A stretch of DNA of 63,918 nt, filler included, from Corallochytrium limacisporum Hawaii (taxonomy: Eukaryota > Protista > Pluriformea): NCBI GenBank assembly GCA_002811645.1. It is 4 parts of 4 records of this genome, joined end to end, with 100 filler letters (N's around TTAATTAATTAA, not from the genome) between each part and the next. Parts side by side here need not be neighbours in the genome. Positions count along the whole stretch, not along the records: positions 43,118 to 61,563 come from PDIP01000270.1; positions 61,664 to 63,918 come from PDIP01000220.1; 2 more parts are not named here. One strand, written 5' to 3'. Position 1 is the stretch's first letter. Each line of letters opens with the position of its first letter. Both the position numbers and the translations under genes were made by a program. The notes below the pieces were generated by a model. The model was not told where the DNA came from. It saw only the letters and a program-made list of their open reading frames with translations, and did not search any database. Below are positions 60,171 through 63,918 of this stretch, piece after piece.

Positions 60171-61139
60171 TCAGCACTGATAGCGAAAGTGTATCATACG
60201 GTAGTGGTCCGTGTCCTTGCTCGTGTTCGGGTACAATTGGGGATTAGCGTACTTTGTGCATGATTCATTGCTCACTAGGACAAGGGTACCCTTTACGCCT
60301 TCGACAGATAGCATGTCGTTGATCGGGGTTATGATCTCTGTCTCAATATCATCATAGCCGTTGAACATTGGAATTCCCAGGCGGAGTAATTCTTCCAGAA
60401 TATGCAACATGCCGAGCTCTTCTTGAAGAAACTCTCCACGACGCTCATTGCACCATGCGGTGGGAATAACATCAATGGCGAAGTAGACAGTGGTGTTCTC
60501 AAAGAATCTGCAAATCCTAAGAATAGTTCGGAGCACATCAGAAGAGTCTAAATATCCTAGGTTGCCTTCCCAAATTATGGTAACGGGTTCATTCCGCCTC
60601 AAACCTCTTTCCTCGAGGATGCGAAAAACTTGGTCGAATTCGGCTATGTAGTCTCCGGAGACCATAGCATTGTTTTCGTAGTTGTATCCCTCTAGGTCAT
60701 AGCACATCTTCTTATACTCAACAATAGCCTCCCGATCAATTTCGTAATAGCGTGGTCTTGATCTTGAACCGTCTGAAGCCTCCACTTCTGCCATTCGAAC
60801 CGATCGCGTATCCAACCCAGAACCTAACGTCACGATTTGATTGGTAGGCTTGCCTACACAAATCTCTCCGTTCACGCTTTGACGAGCAATTCGGTCAAAG
60901 AAATGAACTCTATGAAGCGGCCAGAGAAGGGGATACCCACCACAGGCTCTATCCATTTCATCCTGTACGTCATTGTCTTTAAAGAAGATCTTTTGGATAG
61001 GATCTTCAATGGCCTTCGTCCAGCTAACAAAGAACGCGGTCCATGGAAGATCTTTATAGGCGGCGTCACGACGTTCCGCCAGGGTAGACTCTGTATCTGA
61101 CAGGTCCAGTGACCTGTTGTTAGTGTTGTTGGATATCAT
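60171..61139 (-). CDS. SAM-dependent methyltransferase, leucine carboxyl methyltransferase (LCM) family
   Basis: RVHFFD, QIVTLGSGLDTR, YYEID, IIWEGNLGYL motifs. Confidence 0.9.
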   Translation of the reverse strand: MISNNTNNRSLDLSDTESTLAERRDAAYKDLPWTAFFVSWTKAIEDPIQKIFFKDNDVQDEMDRACGGYPLLWPLHRVHFFDRIARQSVNGEICVGKPTNQIVTLGSGLDTRSVRMAEVEASDGSRSRPRYYEIDREAIVEYKKMCYDLEGYNYENNAMVSGDYIAEFDQVFRILEERGLRRNEPVTIIWEGNLGYLDSSDVLRTILRICRFFENTTVYFAIDVIPTAWCNERRGEFLQEELGMLHILEELLRLGIPMFNGYDDIETEIITPINDMLSVEGVKGTLVLVSNESCTKYANPQLYPNTSKDTDHYRMIHFRYQC

Positions 61140-61563
61140 GATAACTAGGAAGCCAGTCGATCTATTGTGATTAGGCGAATACTAAGGGACAGGTAGTAGC
61201 AGTATCCAAATTCTGCAGCATGAAGTATCTGAACAAATCATACCACTACAACTACCAAGTCTCTCATTTGACTATTCGAGTTTAGCGCAACAGTATCCGT
61301 CCAGCCGAAAACATCCCTCACACCAACTAGCATGGCATAGACACTATTCTCATGGGCGGCTGCTAGATTTCGATCTTCTATGCGCAATGTGTGACAAATG
61401 GTCATGGCAACATATGGCACAAGCATCCCTACCCCATTTATCCTATCCGCCAACTTGATCTCCGCTCCGAAGTGCACTCCACTTACGAAGTAGGGCTTCC
61501 ATACCATACACAATTAATCCTAATTGGACGGAGTTTCGAGTATGGACTCAGAGGTAGGAGGTT

Positions 61564-61663
61564 NNNNNNNNNNNNNNNNNNNNNNNNNNNNNNNNNNNNN
61601 NNNNNNNTTAATTAATTAANNNNNNNNNNNNNNNNNNNNNNNNNNNNNNNNNNNNNNNNNNNN
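61564..61663. other. Assembly gap with artificial spacer
   Basis: N44-ttaattaattaa-N44. Confidence 0.98.
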
Positions 61664-62823
61664 GGGGGGGGTTGTACCCGGAAACATCGAACTTGATCTC
61701 GGCCGTTCTTTGAGTAAAGAGGGGTGCCGGCACAAGAGTTCTTGTATCCACTCTTTTACTTTAATTTTTCATCACCATCATCATCGTCATGATTGCGGTA
61801 TGCTTCTGAAGTTACCGACTGAAATGTGAATGTGCTGTGCATTAGCCATGGTTGACACGAATGCTTATACGTATCCAACTGTGGGTAAAAAGTGGGAGAC
61901 AAAATAAGCTAGGCTTGTGGTCGGAAATCCCTTTGTATGTTTCCTTCTCTTGACAATTTTTTGCTCTGAAGAAACTCATTCGCACGATACGACAAAAACA
62001 CTGTAATGACGGCCTGGCCCCTCGTATTCTATGGTTGTCTAGGTGGGTTATCACCTCATTCACCTTGCGCGCAAGCCTGCGGCGGCTCGATCGTGGAGAC
62101 TTCAACCTGTGCGTCTTGTCTGCGGGTTCTCCTCCTGCTGGAACCGGGTGGTCGCGGTGATGAAAGGGATGAAGCTGCCATACCGAAGGCGAGGGACTTT
62201 CTTGAGCCGGTCAAGCAAGGTAAACGATGGTTACCCCCGGAACTAGTGTGGGTGTTTGTAGGGCCGCCTGGGGATTTATTCGAGAAATCACTTACCCACA
62301 CAGATACCGGGAGAGGAAACGGTCACACTTCCAGTACTTAATGTACACACAGTTCGACTGAACTGCGCATGCTTTCGACTTGAAACGAAGATCCCTTCGA
62401 TTTCAGTTGCGCCTAGTGGCAGTTTTCCCTCGTCAGTTGAGTTGGGTTAGGTCAAGATCCCTAGGTGGAGGGCGCCCGGTGAAAGGCTAAGCAGTTCTAC
62501 GAGTGCAGAGATCCCGGTCGCAGTGGTTGGTCATTGAGGTGGACACAACACTCTTCACTGTTTTGATCCTATGAAGTGTTGTGTTTGACGCACAATTCGA
62601 CTGTGTTGTTGGTATGTGTTCCATATCCCTGGTATCAGGGGGTTGTCAGGAAAGGTCCCTGAAAGAGCTTGTCCCTGGAATGAAGCGCCCTGCCATCCAT
62701 TAGCAATGTGGTGCAACACAAGCCATCGGGAATGACATGTCTATAGCAACCATGTGTGCAACATAGCTTGTCAAGGAAGAAGTACAACTAGACCTAGAAT
62801 CTTCACAGACAAAGGGATCAAAC

Positions 62824-63873
62824 ATGCCTCTGCGCACTTCAGTAAGTCAATGGTCGGGGGCGAGCTCTGCGTCTAGGTCCCATCAGAAGCCACCGCAGTC
62901 GCCGGACGACGAGCAACAGAAAATCTGCCTGACAACTACGCCATGGCACGAGGGGGACTTATTGTGTCAGATTTGCATGGACCACATCAGCCCTGCTCAT
63001 GTCGAAGACGTACTAGAGATTGTGTGGTTCTGCGACGGGACCGATCTGGACGGTGAGCATACAGAAACAGAAGACTGCAGTGGTCATGTCGCATGTAGAG
63101 ACTGCATGGTCATGTACTGCGAATTACAGATCAGAGCGCACAGAGTACCGGTGACCTGTCCCACCTCGGAATGTGTGGGTACAGTAAAAGCAGACGATCT
63201 GGCCAAGCTGGTTGGACCGGACCTCTTCTCCAAGTACGAGACGGTCCTGGCGAAGAAATTAGACCCAAACGTGGCCGACTGTCCAAAGTGCGGTACTCTG
63301 GCGTACGGATCGGATGAAGATCCCGACATTGAGTGCCTTGTCTGTGACCTGCAATTTTGCTTCACCCACGGTGCAGCACATTTGGGCAAACCGTGCAAAG
63401 GGGATAAAAGTGTCAATCATCATACCGGCATTCGAACTAAACTCTGGCGGATGCGCAATAGTCGGAAGTGTCCGAAATGCAAGCGCAGTGTGCAGCGGAC
63501 GGATGGGTGTTATCATATTACGTGTGTCTGTGGGCACCAATTTTGCTACCTCTGCGGGCAGGAGTACAATGGAGCGATTGGTATGCATGTCCCACGTATG
63601 TTCCCAACCAAGAAGGAGCGGGCCACGACATGCAACAATCCTAAAGTCTGGCTCAAGCGGGGTGCGGTTGTGGGATTGGCCCCCATTGCTGTTGCAGTCG
63701 TACTGCCTCTGTCACTGGTCGCGGGACCAATTGCGGCTGCCAGTCTGGCGATGAAGGGGAACCATTCAGAGAAGAAGGGAAGGATTGCGACATTCAATCA
63801 ATCCAATACGTTCGCGTTGACCGCGGATCCGGACGATCCGGACAAGTTCAGCATTGCTGAGGGTGGTGACTGA
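62824..63873 (+). CDS. RBR (RING1-IBR-RING2) E3 ubiquitin ligase with C-terminal hydrophobic segment
   Basis: CQIC...HVACRDC...CPTSEC; CPKC...CLVC...FC; CPKC...DGCYHITCVCGHQFCYLC; hydrophobic tail as in RNF19/RNF144/RNF217. Confidence 0.93.
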   Translation: MPLRTSVSQWSGASSASRSHQKPPQSPDDEQQKICLTTTPWHEGDLLCQICMDHISPAHVEDVLEIVWFCDGTDLDGEHTETEDCSGHVACRDCMVMYCELQIRAHRVPVTCPTSECVGTVKADDLAKLVGPDLFSKYETVLAKKLDPNVADCPKCGTLAYGSDEDPDIECLVCDLQFCFTHGAAHLGKPCKGDKSVNHHTGIRTKLWRMRNSRKCPKCKRSVQRTDGCYHITCVCGHQFCYLCGQEYNGAIGMHVPRMFPTKKERATTCNNPKVWLKRGAVVGLAPIAVAVVLPLSLVAGPIAAASLAMKGNHSEKKGRIATFNQSNTFALTADPDDPDKFSIAEGGD

Positions 63874-63886
63874 TCGAAATCAACAA

Positions 63887-63887
<1 letters not shown>

Positions 63888-63918
<31 letters not shown>
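63888..63918. repeat. (CA)n microsatellite at sequence end
   Basis: Direct reading. Confidence 0.95.

Overview
Eukaryotic nuclear scaffold that appears to start at a telomere (AACCCT x2 at base 1) and ends in a CA microsatellite, with three artificial N-TTAATTAATTAA-N gaps. All 18 credible genes are single, uninterrupted ORFs, so the organism is a very intron-poor microbial eukaryote (a unicellular opisthokont such as Corallochytrium is a guess only). Recognisable genes: ZIP metal transporter, secreted S28 serine peptidase, mitochondrial-type sulfite oxidase, ferric-reductase-family oxidoreductase, MCT-like MFS transporter, bacterial-type DUF1254/DUF1214 protein, LCM-family methyltransferase and an RBR E3 ligase. 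The main feature is a dense secreted-protein complement: five tandem 14-16-Cys knottin-containing paralogues with a hypervariable core, an acidic 8-Cys peptide family (one gene with three identical tandem modules, one with a single module), two paralogous ~300-aa secreted proteins of unknown family, a small secreted orphan and an aerolysin/ETX-type pore-forming toxin. Almost all of these carry the same (G/C)GTATTTAA-type motif about 90-140 nt upstream of the ATG. Intergenic DNA holds possible decayed retroelement fragments, short duplications and recurrent poly(C)-poly(G) palindromes that may be partly artefactual.
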